From: Candidatus Neptunichlamydia sp.
GTDB taxonomy: Bacteria > Chlamydiota > Chlamydiia > Chlamydiales > Simkaniaceae
DNA: 64,000 nt
Direction: 5' to 3'
Assembly: GCA_965233865.1 (NCBI GenBank)
Contig: OZ247587.1
Span: forward strand, 960,001-1,024,000
How positions within the stretch are numbered: the stretch's first letter is position 1; every line of letters begins with the position of its first letter. Below the pieces are notes generated by a model, which worked only from the letters and a program-made list of their open reading frames with translations, searched no databases and was not told the origin of the DNA. A program made the position numbers and the translations under genes. Shown piece by piece: positions 10,067 to 19,737 of this stretch.

Positions 10067-11053
10067 GGACTGTTGAGAACTGACATAATTTCCTGAAATG
10101 CATTCACAAAACTTTAGTGGAATGATAACTATTGGCTGTATTCTTCAATGGGCAATCTTTTGAGTACTCTCCCTAGAGAAGAACAACCCTCATAAGGGAC
10201 ATGGATTGCTTCGATTATTCAAGTGTTTACTACTACAGTTCATAGAGAATTGGAACGCTTTATCCAAGAAAACACTGCAGCTCGATGGTTTTGTGGGTTT
10301 AATCTTAGAGACAACACCCCAGATCACACGGTCTTTTGCCAACTTAGAAAAAAGATAGGGACCAATATTTTGTCCAAAATTTTTACCGATCTAAGAGATC
10401 AATTAAAAGATCAAGGACTTATGAGTGGAGTTTACTTCAGTTGATTTAAAAACAAATAAATATTTTAAAATGAGCTCAAAAAAAAACAGATCTCAAAATT
10501 CAGGTCTTCGATTTTCAAGGGTTGTTTATGATTCTAAGAGCTCTCCGATACTGTCATTGTCAATCGTTCCCAACGGCCCTTTAAGGATTGTAAATGTTTT
10601 CTCCCTTTCTTCGCCACTCATGCTTTGATCTGTCCCTTTATGATCGCTTGTTCCTTGACAAGAGTAACGGCAGTTATAAAAAATTATTTTTTACCATTAC
10701 TATCCTTTGCATGCAAGTAGGGCATTTATTAACAAAGCAAACTTGTGGGAGGAAAGAGATAAGGCGATTGTAGAAAAATACGAAAAACTGAACAACGAAA
10801 ATATCTCTCAATTTTCTGCAGACACTCAAGCGAAAATTGGGTGTAAAGGGAAAAGTAAGTATTGGTATGGTTATAAGCAGCACACCAGTGTAGACATGCA
10901 GACAGGGCTGATCAACAAGATTGCAATTACTCCGGCTAATATCACAGATGCTTCAGGCTTCAAACACGTGTGCCCCTCATGAGAGGGTCTTTTCGCAACG
11001 AGAAAAACGAGTTCGGTACCGAGGAATCGCGAAGAATCAGTTTGCAGGTTTCA
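10067..11053 (+). pseudogene. IS5/IS1182-type (DUF772-like N-terminus) transposase pseudogene, fragmented
   Basis: End GGGACTGTTGAGAACTGACATAATT shared with 46772; ARWFCGF...PDHTVF, YWYGYKQH, RVRYRGIAKN; unrelated DNA at about 10100-10172 and 10430-10725. Confidence 0.8.
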
Positions 11054-11733
11054 TACAGATCATAAGGGTCCTAGCAGAAAAAAGGCGTGGGATGGATCGA
11101 TCTCAACTCATTAAAGCATCGAAGCTCAGTAACAGAGGTCACATAAGTCTTGTTTTAAGAGAGCTCGAAGAGTCTGATTTTATTGCAAGCTTCCCAGAGC
11201 TTGGAAAAAAAAAACGTGGCACTCATTATTATCTAAATGATGAATATACTCTTTTCTATCTTAAATGGATTGAGCCGAACAAGGGAACTCTTCTTAAAGG
11301 AGTAGGAAAGGACTTTTGGATTAAACGACAATCAAATTCATTTTGGAAATCTTGGGCGGGCTTTGCTTTCGAAGGGATTTGTCTCAAGCATGTACTCGAA
11401 ATTAAAAAAACTTTGCAAATGGGAGGAGTGAGCAGAATCTCTGGGTATTGGCAGTCAATTATAGAGAGGGAAAAAGAGGTTGAAGTAGACCTTGTCATAG
11501 ATCGAGCTGATCAATGCATTAATCTTTGTGAAATTAAATTCTATAATACTAATTATGTGATAACTAAGGGGGCTTTTGAGGATTTGAACAGAAAAAAAGC
11601 AAGACTTTATGAGAAAACAAAAGCGAAAAAAACCTTGTTTGTAACCCTCATTACCCCCTTTGGGGCCAATGAAAACCCACACTATCAGAACATAGTAAAT
11701 AATCAAATCACGCTAGAAGATCTATTTTCTTAG
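11054..11733 (+). pseudogene. C-terminal half of an AAA-ATPase / PD-(D/E)XK (DUF234-like) protein; 5' end replaced by IS sequence
   Basis: LRELEESDFI, WAGFAFEGICLKH, EVDLVIDRADQCINLCEIKF; no Walker A region. Confidence 0.7.
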
Positions 11734-11864
11734 AGGGCACAGCCTAACCATTTTCAGTAAGAATGGATTTCTGCATAAAAAATAAACGATAATAACAAAG
11801 AGCTTGAAAAAAATAAAGAAAAGATTAAGATATATGTTATCAACTCAAATAGGGAGGATACTCT

Positions 11865-12044
11865 ATGAAAAATATTCATCTAGAAGAGACGCTTACGGTA
11901 GCCTTTCAAAGAAGCTCATCTTCTCACCTCTTTCTAAGTAAAAAGAAAAACTTATTTCCAGCTTCTTTGCATCTAGTTCAAAAATTGCAAGCATTGGAGA
12001 AATGGCGTAGACTGAGCCCCTTCTCTCAAATGAAGGTTGAGTGA
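11865..12044 (+). CDS. small hypothetical protein, 59 aa (below the ORF-track cutoff)
   Basis: GGGGAGG Shine-Dalgarno before the ATG; TTGAAA-16-TAAGAT upstream; MKNIHLEETLTVAFQRS...MKVE*. Confidence 0.4.
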   Translation: MKNIHLEETLTVAFQRSSSSHLFLSKKKNLFPASLHLVQKLQALEKWRRLSPFSQMKVE

Positions 12045-12061
12045 ATTTGGCAAAGCCATGA

Positions 12062-13216
12062 TTAACTCTTTTGAAAGAATCCCTTCTTCTTATTTTCTTT
12101 TTCGATCTTGCCAAGAATAGTGCCGCCAATTCCAAAAATTAATGCTGCTGAGGTAATGACAATACCTAGATAGGGGACCATTGAGAGAGTAAAATAGATA
12201 ATCAAGGCAAAAGCAAAGTAGAGATTTTTATGCCTTTTGAATTCAAAGCGGCAAAAAAGGTGGGTTGAAAGCCACAGGATGGAGAGAATCTTTGCCGTGT
12301 AAAAACCTACGACAGTTAGAGAGAGTAGCGTCAGGGCAAAGGGAACGCCAAGTATGGTGATGATCATTGCAAGCATAATCATGGGGAGGAGAAAGATCAT
12401 TACAATCCCTGCAACAGCCGACTGTGCCGGTTTAGTATTGAGCATCACAATGGTTCGCTCAATCCTTGAAGGGAAATAGCGAAGCATGATGAGACCAATA
12501 ATAAAGCTATAGAAAAAATTCATAACAAGCCCAGCAAATTTCGATCCAATCTTTAACCAATTAAACACTTTGTTATGTATGAGGTCATAGAAGAATGATG
12601 GATGATGGGTCACTCCCCCTTTAACTACAGCATTGGGATCGATCAGCGCATTTTTATTACTCCAGTATTCAAGAGAACCGTCGATCACAACTTTGGAAGT
12701 TAAGCGGAGTTGCCCTACATTTGCTAGAACTTCCCCTCCAATATGATCGGAAATACGGACGCTAGAAGAATAGAGGCGAAGATTTCTGGCAATATGAGAT
12801 TCCACATCTACGTTTCCTGAAACAAGGACAGCGTTCCGCCCAATTGTTGCCGAGGGGCCTAGCTCAATTGTTGCAGCCATTCCTGTGAGGCTTCTTCCGA
12901 TATGACCAGTAATGAGCGCTTGCCCTGTAAGCACCCGGACATTATTCGCAACGTTTCCAGAAACTTCAACACTACCTGCTAGGATTAAAACATCACCATT
13001 GACAGTTCCATCAATAAAAACTTGCCCGCCTAAAACATAAAGATCACCATTGATTGTGCCAGAAATTTCCACTGCTCTCCCATTTGCAAAGTAATCATTA
13101 TTGACCACAACAGTGCTGGGAAGGACAACAATATCAATCTCATTATCTTCTTTCTCAGCAGCAAAAAGGACGCTGAAAAGTAAGAAAAAAATTAGAGTGC
13201 CGTGGCGTAACGCCAT
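12062..13216 (-). CDS. membrane protein with bactofilin-like (polymer-forming) beta-helix repeats
   Basis: Signal peptide, repeated (V/I)xGx(V/I)xGD-like units, then about five TM helices. Confidence 0.65.
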   Translation of the reverse strand: MALRHGTLIFFLLFSVLFAAEKEDNEIDIVVLPSTVVVNNDYFANGRAVEISGTINGDLYVLGGQVFIDGTVNGDVLILAGSVEVSGNVANNVRVLTGQALITGHIGRSLTGMAATIELGPSATIGRNAVLVSGNVDVESHIARNLRLYSSSVRISDHIGGEVLANVGQLRLTSKVVIDGSLEYWSNKNALIDPNAVVKGGVTHHPSFFYDLIHNKVFNWLKIGSKFAGLVMNFFYSFIIGLIMLRYFPSRIERTIVMLNTKPAQSAVAGIVMIFLLPMIMLAMIITILGVPFALTLLSLTVVGFYTAKILSILWLSTHLFCRFEFKRHKNLYFAFALIIYFTLSMVPYLGIVITSAALIFGIGGTILGKIEKENKKKGFFQKS

Positions 13217-14163
13217 TTTGCTTGCCTTCGCTCTTTAAAGAGTTTTATTTGCCGTTCTACGGCCTTTTCAATCACACTCTCACATAGAAGGATTTCTTTT
13301 TCATCTTTCTTTTTGCGAGCAATCTCACCAATTTGATCGATATTATAGAGCGTTAATTTGGGGTGCCTAGCAAGACTTGGATTGATATTTCTGGGAACGC
13401 TTAAGTCAAAAAGGAGAATTTCCCCAAGCTGTTTTCCCGGTTTGTCGATGACAAAACGGTCATAATTGGTCCCACAAACCACAACATCATAACAGTCCCA
13501 CTCTAAAAGTCTGTCCCAGTGAGTGACTTCCATAGCAGGAAACTCTCCCTGCGTCATCCTTGTACATAAGGCCACCTGATGGCACCCTTTCTGTTTAAAG
13601 AAAACCATAAGCTGTCGGTTGATGGACGAATTACCAACAAATAGAACGCGGCAATTTTGAATGGCTTTCTGATTCCCTTCTACAATCGATTGAATTGCAA
13701 GCGGGAGAGGAACTCCTTTTTTGGTGAGAAGAAATGAGGTTCTCATCTCCTTTCCAATCTTAAGTCCTTTTTGAAACAGATAGTGAAGTTCATGAGAAAG
13801 ATGTCCCCTTTCCCTTGCAGCTTCATAGGCTAATTTTGACTGCCTTTGGATATCACTTTCACCAAGGATTGCACTATCGATTCCTGAAATAACTTTTCCT
13901 AAATGATGAAAACAATCATGACCAAAGTAGGAGTAAAGAGCCTGTTCAAAACTTCCTGAAATCTGGCTTCGTAGCTTTGCAAGTATCTCAATCTGCTTCC
14001 CTGCTAAACTCGGAGCACAGAAAAAAAGCTCCGTTCTATTACACGTAGAAAGGAGTACCAAATTCGAAGCACTTTGAAACTCTTTTTGAAATACCCTTGC
14101 AAGCCTTTCACGAAGCGCTAACGAAGACGATTTATGATTGATTCCAACTACACCAACTTGCAT
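13192..14163 (-). CDS. hemA: glutamyl-tRNA reductase (short chlamydial type)
   Basis: LSTCNRTE, SGIDSAILGESDIQRQ, DLSVPRNI. Confidence 0.9.
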   Translation of the reverse strand: MQVGVVGINHKSSSLALRERLARVFQKEFQSASNLVLLSTCNRTELFFCAPSLAGKQIEILAKLRSQISGSFEQALYSYFGHDCFHHLGKVISGIDSAILGESDIQRQSKLAYEAARERGHLSHELHYLFQKGLKIGKEMRTSFLLTKKGVPLPLAIQSIVEGNQKAIQNCRVLFVGNSSINRQLMVFFKQKGCHQVALCTRMTQGEFPAMEVTHWDRLLEWDCYDVVVCGTNYDRFVIDKPGKQLGEILLFDLSVPRNINPSLARHPKLTLYNIDQIGEIARKKKDEKEILLCESVIEKAVERQIKLFKERRQAKWRYATAL

Positions 14164-14210
14164 ATACTTTGCGACCTGATCAAAAAAACCGTATATAGCT
14201 TATCTGATGC

Positions 14211-14804
14211 TTACTCGTCTACAATCAATTGCTCTCGAACTAGAGAGTTGTCAAATCCTTTACCGATTAAAAACCGATAAAGTCGCTGTTTTACTTTAAT
14301 TTCTGAAAGATTGGTGGAGCGCGTTTTCTTCTTAATCCACTGCTTAATTTGCTCCCGTTGCTCATCATCGGTAAAGGAATCGCGCGCCATTTCTTTTAAC
14401 TCTGGAGCTTTCTGCCAGAGCTTCATAGCAATGAACTGAGGTCCCTGGCCTCTTTGTTTCCCCCTCTCAATAAAGAGCCTCCCCTCTCTTATATCGTCCA
14501 AATAGCCCAATTTTTCGCACTCTGAGAGAACTTTGGCTATAGCCTGAGGATCAATTTTATAAGAACTAAGCTTCTTTGTGAGCTCTGTTTTCATAAAGCC
14601 CCTAAGTGCAAGCCATTTATATACAAGCATCCGGGCGAGTTTTATATCAACCCTTAAGCATAAGTCCCTTAGGTTTTTTTTTGTAGAGGTGCGAAGAATT
14701 TCTATTAAATGGTTCTTATAGAGACTTTTATGAACCTCTTTCCACTTTTCCCCATCGATCAAGATGTCAACATATCGCTTATTATCAATAATTTCTATCT
14801 TCAT
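14211..14804 (-). CDS. recX: regulatory protein RecX
   Basis: LGYLDD, GPQFIAMKLWQK, LYRFLIGKGF three-helix repeats. Confidence 0.75.
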   Translation of the reverse strand: MKIEIIDNKRYVDILIDGEKWKEVHKSLYKNHLIEILRTSTKKNLRDLCLRVDIKLARMLVYKWLALRGFMKTELTKKLSSYKIDPQAIAKVLSECEKLGYLDDIREGRLFIERGKQRGQGPQFIAMKLWQKAPELKEMARDSFTDDEQREQIKQWIKKKTRSTNLSEIKVKQRLYRFLIGKGFDNSLVREQLIVDE

Positions 14805-14893
14805 GCACTCTTTACAAAAGTTGTAGGATTAAATCCTATAGTTTATAATAAGCCTAAGGATAGATAGAAAACAACATGGGAGAGGACAAAATT

Positions 14894-15094
14894 ATGTCAG
14901 ACGCAATTGAAGCCGTTAGTGGAATCTCAGAGACTCAAAACTCAGCCCAATCAAACCTCATGCAACAACTTGAGATGCAGGATGTTCAGAACACTAACCT
15001 GACAAGTGAAGTTAATCGGACCTACCAAAGTAGTTTACAATCTCTAGCTCAATCAACAGGTGATCCTGCTATCGCTGGCCAAAATGGTAGCTAA
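14894..15094 (+). CDS. small S/Q/N-rich hypothetical protein (66 aa from the RBS-supported ATG)
   Basis: GGAGAGG before the ATG at 14894; followed by a hairpin. Confidence 0.65.
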   Translation: MSDAIEAVSGISETQNSAQSNLMQQLEMQDVQNTNLTSEVNRTYQSSLQSLAQSTGDPAIAGQNGS

Positions 15095-15113
15095 ATCAAG
15101 ATTTTAAAAGATC

Positions 15114-15137
15114 AGCCCTCACAATGTGAGGGCTTTC
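15114..15137 (+). terminator. terminator hairpin
   Basis: AGCCCTCACA-A-TGTGAGGGCT then TTC. Confidence 0.55.
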
Positions 15138-15281
15138 TCCCTAGCGTCGTCATATTAAAGTTGCAGTACTATAATCCTTTCTAAGAGAGTTTTTTGAATA
15201 GATTGGAAAACAGATTGTGCGGATTTTTCTGGATTTCATGAAATATCCAGGCTAAAATTTAGATTAAGCAAGGAGAAGAAA

Positions 15282-15437
15282 ATGAGTGGCGTTTCAGATG
15301 TCGGCTCTTCAGGGAGTATTCTTCCACAAGAACTAGTTAAGCAAGTTACTGATCCTAACGAGAATACGGCTGTCAATTTTTTTTATGATCAGTATGCAGA
15401 TCAAGTTGCAGCGATTGTCAAAGAAGAACACCTTTAA
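15282..15437 (+). CDS. small acidic hypothetical protein, 51 aa (not in the ORF track)
   Basis: AGGAG RBS; MSGVSDVGSSGSILPQELVKQVTDPNENTAVNFFYDQYADQVAAIVKEEHL*. Confidence 0.65.
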   Translation: MSGVSDVGSSGSILPQELVKQVTDPNENTAVNFFYDQYADQVAAIVKEEHL

Positions 15438-15448
15438 GGGAGAAAAAT

Positions 15449-15733
15449 GTGGTGAGTGGCGTTCAAGGACCTAATGAAGGAACCGATCCTACCCAATCAG
15501 GTGATGCACCAGAGCAATACCAAACAGGGATGGGTGCGATGTATACTGGATCCAAAGCTCCAGGATTTCAAAAATGGATGACTCAGTGGTTTGGAGCCAA
15601 TGTCTCCCCACAAGAGGTCTCAGCCTTCGAAAAAAATATGATGCAGATGATTCAAAACAGTATGAAACAATCACAAGCCCAGCACGAAAAGGTCCAACAG
15701 AAAATCAAAGAGCGAATCGATGAAGGTGGTTAA
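15449..15733 (+). CDS. small Q/M-rich hypothetical protein
   Basis: GGGAGA RBS, GTG start, SGV N-terminus like the preceding ORF, helical C-terminus. Confidence 0.7.
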   Translation: MVSGVQGPNEGTDPTQSGDAPEQYQTGMGAMYTGSKAPGFQKWMTQWFGANVSPQEVSAFEKNMMQMIQNSMKQSQAQHEKVQQKIKERIDEGG

Positions 15734-15776
15734 GAGCTCTCTCCTAGAAATTATCTCCTGTGTTATAATCCCTCCT

Positions 15777-16670
15777 ATGATAAAAAAAATTATTATAGAT
15801 GAGCCCATAAGGCTTGATAAGCTTTTAGCTAAGCGATTTACCGACTACTCCCGTAGCTATTTTCAATATTTAATTGGAATCGGCTCAATTACCCGGAATG
15901 GGAGAGGGGTGAAGAAGCGGGAGATTCCAGCTGTAGGGGATGAGATTCAAATTTTTTTTAACGTCTCTCCAGAGATAAAACTCATCTCAGAGGATATTCC
16001 ATTGAAAATCCTTTATGAAGATGATGCGATTATCTGTATCAATAAACCAGTGGGGATGGTCGTCCATCCTGCTCCCGGTCATCCTACGGGAACCTTTGTT
16101 AATGCCCTCCTTCATCACTGCAAATCCCTCCCTCCTCAAGACCTCCGCCCAGGTATTGTCCACCGCCTTGATAAAGATACCTCCGGAGTCCTTCTTGCTG
16201 CAAAAACATCGGAAGCTCATCGAAAGCTCATTGAAGCTTTTTCAAATAGAAAAATCGATAAGGAATATCTTACTATTACGGTAGGGACCCCCCAAAAAAA
16301 ATCGATTGATGCGCCCATTGGACGTCATCCTGTAAAACGGAAAGAAATGGCTACTATTGAAACAGGGCGCCATGCCTTGACCCATTTTGAAGTGATTGAT
16401 AGCCGTGAAGGCTTTTCTTTTGTTCGCGCAAAACCAGTTACTGGTCGTACCCACCAAATTCGAGTTCATCTTAAATCTCAAAATACTCCTGTTCTGGGTG
16501 ACCCTATTTACGGACCTGAAAAGCTCAGCCGCAAACTGGGTGCGCTTCGTACTCTTCTTCATGCCCACCGCCTTTCTTTCCCTCATCCCTCAACAGGAGA
16601 AAGGGTTGAAATTACAGCTTCTCCCCCTGAAGATTTTCAAAAATGGTCAAATTACATTCAAAAATTCTAG
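15777..16670 (+). CDS. rluD: RluA/RluD-family pseudouridine synthase
   Basis: S4 domain RLDKLLA, INKPVGMVVHPAPG, GIVHRLDKDTSG, TGRTHQIRVH. Confidence 0.9.
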   Translation: MIKKIIIDEPIRLDKLLAKRFTDYSRSYFQYLIGIGSITRNGRGVKKREIPAVGDEIQIFFNVSPEIKLISEDIPLKILYEDDAIICINKPVGMVVHPAPGHPTGTFVNALLHHCKSLPPQDLRPGIVHRLDKDTSGVLLAAKTSEAHRKLIEAFSNRKIDKEYLTITVGTPQKKSIDAPIGRHPVKRKEMATIETGRHALTHFEVIDSREGFSFVRAKPVTGRTHQIRVHLKSQNTPVLGDPIYGPEKLSRKLGALRTLLHAHRLSFPHPSTGERVEITASPPEDFQKWSNYIQKF

Positions 16671-16766
16671 ATTAATATCATCAATTTTTATTATCATGGG
16701 GTATGCCCTTGATTGCGGTCAGGGGCTAGAGCTATTTATTACCGGCACGCAACCAAGGACCGAACC

Positions 16767-17021
16767 ATGAAAGAATTTGTAGAGTACATCGTAAAAAATC
16801 TCGTAGACAATCCTGACCAAGTAAAGATTAATGAAATCGGCGGAACCCATACTCTCATCATTGAACTCAGCGTTGAGAAGGCTGATATTGGGAAAATTAT
16901 TGGGAAAAAAGGGAAAACCATTAACGCGATCCGCACCCTTTTGATGTCTGTTGCAAGCCGCAATGGAATCCGCGTCAATCTTGAAATCCTTGAAGAAGAC
17001 GGCTCCAAAGTCGAAGACTAA
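16767..17021 (+). CDS. khpA: KH-domain RNA-binding protein (KhpA/UPF0109)
   Basis: MKEFVEYIVKNLVDNP, DIGKIIGKKGKTINAIRTLL. Confidence 0.9.
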   Translation: MKEFVEYIVKNLVDNPDQVKINEIGGTHTLIIELSVEKADIGKIIGKKGKTINAIRTLLMSVASRNGIRVNLEILEEDGSKVED

Positions 17022-17047
17022 ACACACATCTTCTGATTATAAACGTT

Positions 17048-17075
17048 AGGCTACCCACATGTGGTAGCCTTTTTT
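17048..17075 (+). terminator. rho-independent terminator
   Basis: AGGCTACC...GGTAGCCT followed by a T run. Confidence 0.75.
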
Positions 17076-17088
17076 ATAGGAAGACTGC

Positions 17089-19722
17089 CTACTGATCGAG
17101 TCTAGGAAGATATGGGGCAATCATTGCTTTGCGCGAATTAAGACCACCTGCACTATAGCGAAGAATGGCAATTGGAAGATCGCTTGGAGCTTGAGGAAGA
17201 TGGTGCTTGATCGGCAAAAAACTCTCCTTAAAGATTTGAGAAAGTTCCCGTGCATTATTTCCTAAGAGCTCAAGCTCAAATTCAAGCCGTTGGGCAGCAG
17301 GCGATCCTTTAAACCCACTCAGGAAAAGCTTCAATTTTTCAACAGCAAGTTCTGTGTGAGGAATCCAAAACCACATCTCATCATTATGATTGTATGAAAT
17401 CTTTTCCCCCTTAAAAAGTTCTTGAGCACTCGCAACAGTCGAGGTTGCATGAAGATGAAGCATGACCTCTCTATTGTTTGCATAAATATTAAGAGCTTTT
17501 TCATACCACAGCTTGCGAAGCTCTGGAGCTGCTTTTTCAAAGTTAGGATAATTACATACAAAAATCTTTGTTTGCCCAACACGGTTACAATAGTTGAGAA
17601 TTTTTGTATCGATAAAAATGTTTGAAGGCTCTCCTCTAAGGGCTATTTCAAGGTTTTCATCAACCCCTTGCTCTTTGTGTTCATAGACTTTGCTATAAAG
17701 AGAATAAAAATCTTCATTTTGAAGGAGCCTCTTAGCTGCTTTAGTGGTGTAATCCTCATCTTCGCGAATGTCATCAAAATCAACAATTTCCATCTCTTTC
17801 TTGGTGATAAGAGATTTCATCCGGTTAAGAAGCGAAGCCATACAATTCACATCAACCCGCGACACCTTAGTCAATAGATCAGTATCGTCAAGAATCGCAT
17901 AAATGAAGTGGAGGTACTCTACAAGTTCCCGCTTTGGATCGACATAATGTTCACAATCAGTACGCAAGACTTTTTTCTTCTGAAGGAGTCGTTGGTATAT
18001 TCGAATGCCTTGAATATGCTCAAGCTTCTTCTCCACTTCTTGGAGTTGCACGTCAACATCCTTTTCTGACAGTCCACCAAGGCCATACTGGTCGTTAATC
18101 GTAAATGCCAGCTCTGCAACAATTGAATTCGAAGATTGTGCGTCACTAATCATCACTTTTGGGGGTGTATCAGTAAGAAGCGAGCTTTTATGATGGTCAA
18201 TTACACTGATTACTTGAAGATAGGAAGGGATTTTCATCTCTTCTCGATTACAAAAGTCTCGAAGAGTTACTGTCCCTAGCGCTTCATCTTGGAGTTCATG
18301 GCTATGGATCACCCCAATAGGAGTAGGGCGCCCCTCTAAATCGGTTTGATTAACAGTAAGGTAGGCGTAATTCCCCATTTTAGAACGGATCTCTTCAATA
18401 TCGGTTCGGTGAGATAAATACTGAGGCTTAAATCCAAAGACATCTGTCTTAATTTGGAAAGCAATAGCTAAGCTATCGACATGTTTCCGAATACTTGAAA
18501 ATGCATCGGAAAGGAATTTCACTAAAATCTCAAGCTGATTGAAAATCAGAGGGCGATTCTCAGTTAAAACCCCTGAAGCATCAAATAGCTCTGATTTGAG
18601 AAGGGAACGAAGCCATGAAGTAATCTGAGAAAAATTAACGACATCAATCTTTTCCATCGACAAAGAAAATTCTTCAAATGATGCCTCATTTCCTTTAGCA
18701 ATTCCGAGCACTTTAAAAAGGTAGTCGTTTACAAATTGAAGGAGTTTCGGAGGAAGCTCTTTTGCAGGAGCACATTCGCTAATTTTCATTTCCAAAAGCT
18801 CACGAATTTCTTTTGAAATGAGCTCAATCGTCAGTTTTTTCTGGGCAAAGCAAGAGATCAGTTGGATATGGAGGTTTGACTCAAACCACATGAGGCAATT
18901 GTTAAAAGCCATTACAACTTGCCGGATTCCTTCCAGATCAATCGTTCGCCAATCACCAAGATAATACCCGTGCTCGTCAATCAGAACAACGGCACTTCGT
19001 TGCCTTTCATGGTCAAAACTTAAGGCTCGATCACTGGTATGTTTCCTAATCATCCCCTTTTGAGAAAGAAGGTCTAAGCTAGTCAATGTGAGGGAAAGAC
19101 GCGTTTTTGCTAAACAATTAAAGACCTGGGGACCAAAAAGCTTCTCAAAAAGGAGCCCGATTTCAACTTGAGTAACAGGGGGACCACCTGGAATGTTCCA
19201 AATGTGAAGCCCATTGCTTACACGCGCCGCAAATGCATCGACCCAGCCCCAAAAAGAAGCTACGGTCGTATCTAGATCTGGAGAGTTATGGGCTGTGACA
19301 AAATGTGTTCCTGGGTAAGATTTGCCCATCCCAATAGGGAAATAGGTCTGATAGGCATCTCGCGGAATCCACTTTCCAACAATCTTACCTCGAATTTTAT
19401 AATTCTCTTCTTTGCTAAGCCCCGAAAAATGGTTGAGCCAAAGCTCAAAAAAGGAGAATGAATGCTGCTCGAGAACCTTTTCCTGATCGACACGTCCAAT
19501 ATATTCAATCACTCCCTCCAATAAAAAAGAGGGCTCGGGAGCCTTTAGAATTAAATCCACAAGGGCTCGATTCACAAAATCGGACTTATCATGCTCATTT
19601 TTTTCTTGAAACTCTTTCGTTTTAAAAGTCTCAAAAATCTCGTCGAGCCCTTCGAATGTTTTTGATTCAAAAGGATATTCCCCTAGAAGAGGAGGATGAT
19701 CACGCTTTTTTCCCATGGACAC
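17089..19722 (-). CDS. large DHH-family protein resembling family II (Mn-dependent) inorganic pyrophosphatase with a CBS insert
   Basis: AHNSPDLDT, VIDHHK, AILDDT, IDTK and C-terminal NSRKAMIAPYL in family II PPase order. Confidence 0.7.
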   Translation of the reverse strand: MSMGKKRDHPPLLGEYPFESKTFEGLDEIFETFKTKEFQEKNEHDKSDFVNRALVDLILKAPEPSFLLEGVIEYIGRVDQEKVLEQHSFSFFELWLNHFSGLSKEENYKIRGKIVGKWIPRDAYQTYFPIGMGKSYPGTHFVTAHNSPDLDTTVASFWGWVDAFAARVSNGLHIWNIPGGPPVTQVEIGLLFEKLFGPQVFNCLAKTRLSLTLTSLDLLSQKGMIRKHTSDRALSFDHERQRSAVVLIDEHGYYLGDWRTIDLEGIRQVVMAFNNCLMWFESNLHIQLISCFAQKKLTIELISKEIRELLEMKISECAPAKELPPKLLQFVNDYLFKVLGIAKGNEASFEEFSLSMEKIDVVNFSQITSWLRSLLKSELFDASGVLTENRPLIFNQLEILVKFLSDAFSSIRKHVDSLAIAFQIKTDVFGFKPQYLSHRTDIEEIRSKMGNYAYLTVNQTDLEGRPTPIGVIHSHELQDEALGTVTLRDFCNREEMKIPSYLQVISVIDHHKSSLLTDTPPKVMISDAQSSNSIVAELAFTINDQYGLGGLSEKDVDVQLQEVEKKLEHIQGIRIYQRLLQKKKVLRTDCEHYVDPKRELVEYLHFIYAILDDTDLLTKVSRVDVNCMASLLNRMKSLITKKEMEIVDFDDIREDEDYTTKAAKRLLQNEDFYSLYSKVYEHKEQGVDENLEIALRGEPSNIFIDTKILNYCNRVGQTKIFVCNYPNFEKAAPELRKLWYEKALNIYANNREVMLHLHATSTVASAQELFKGEKISYNHNDEMWFWIPHTELAVEKLKLFLSGFKGSPAAQRLEFELELLGNNARELSQIFKESFLPIKHHLPQAPSDLPIAILRYSAGGLNSRKAMIAPYLPRLDQ

Positions 19723-19737
19723 TTACGTTTAAATAAA

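Noticed and set aside
10921..11733. 270-aa ORF as a new transposase-nuclease fusion
   Set aside because: Its first 45 or so codons are IS-derived and partly out of frame with the transposase; better explained as an accidental junction.
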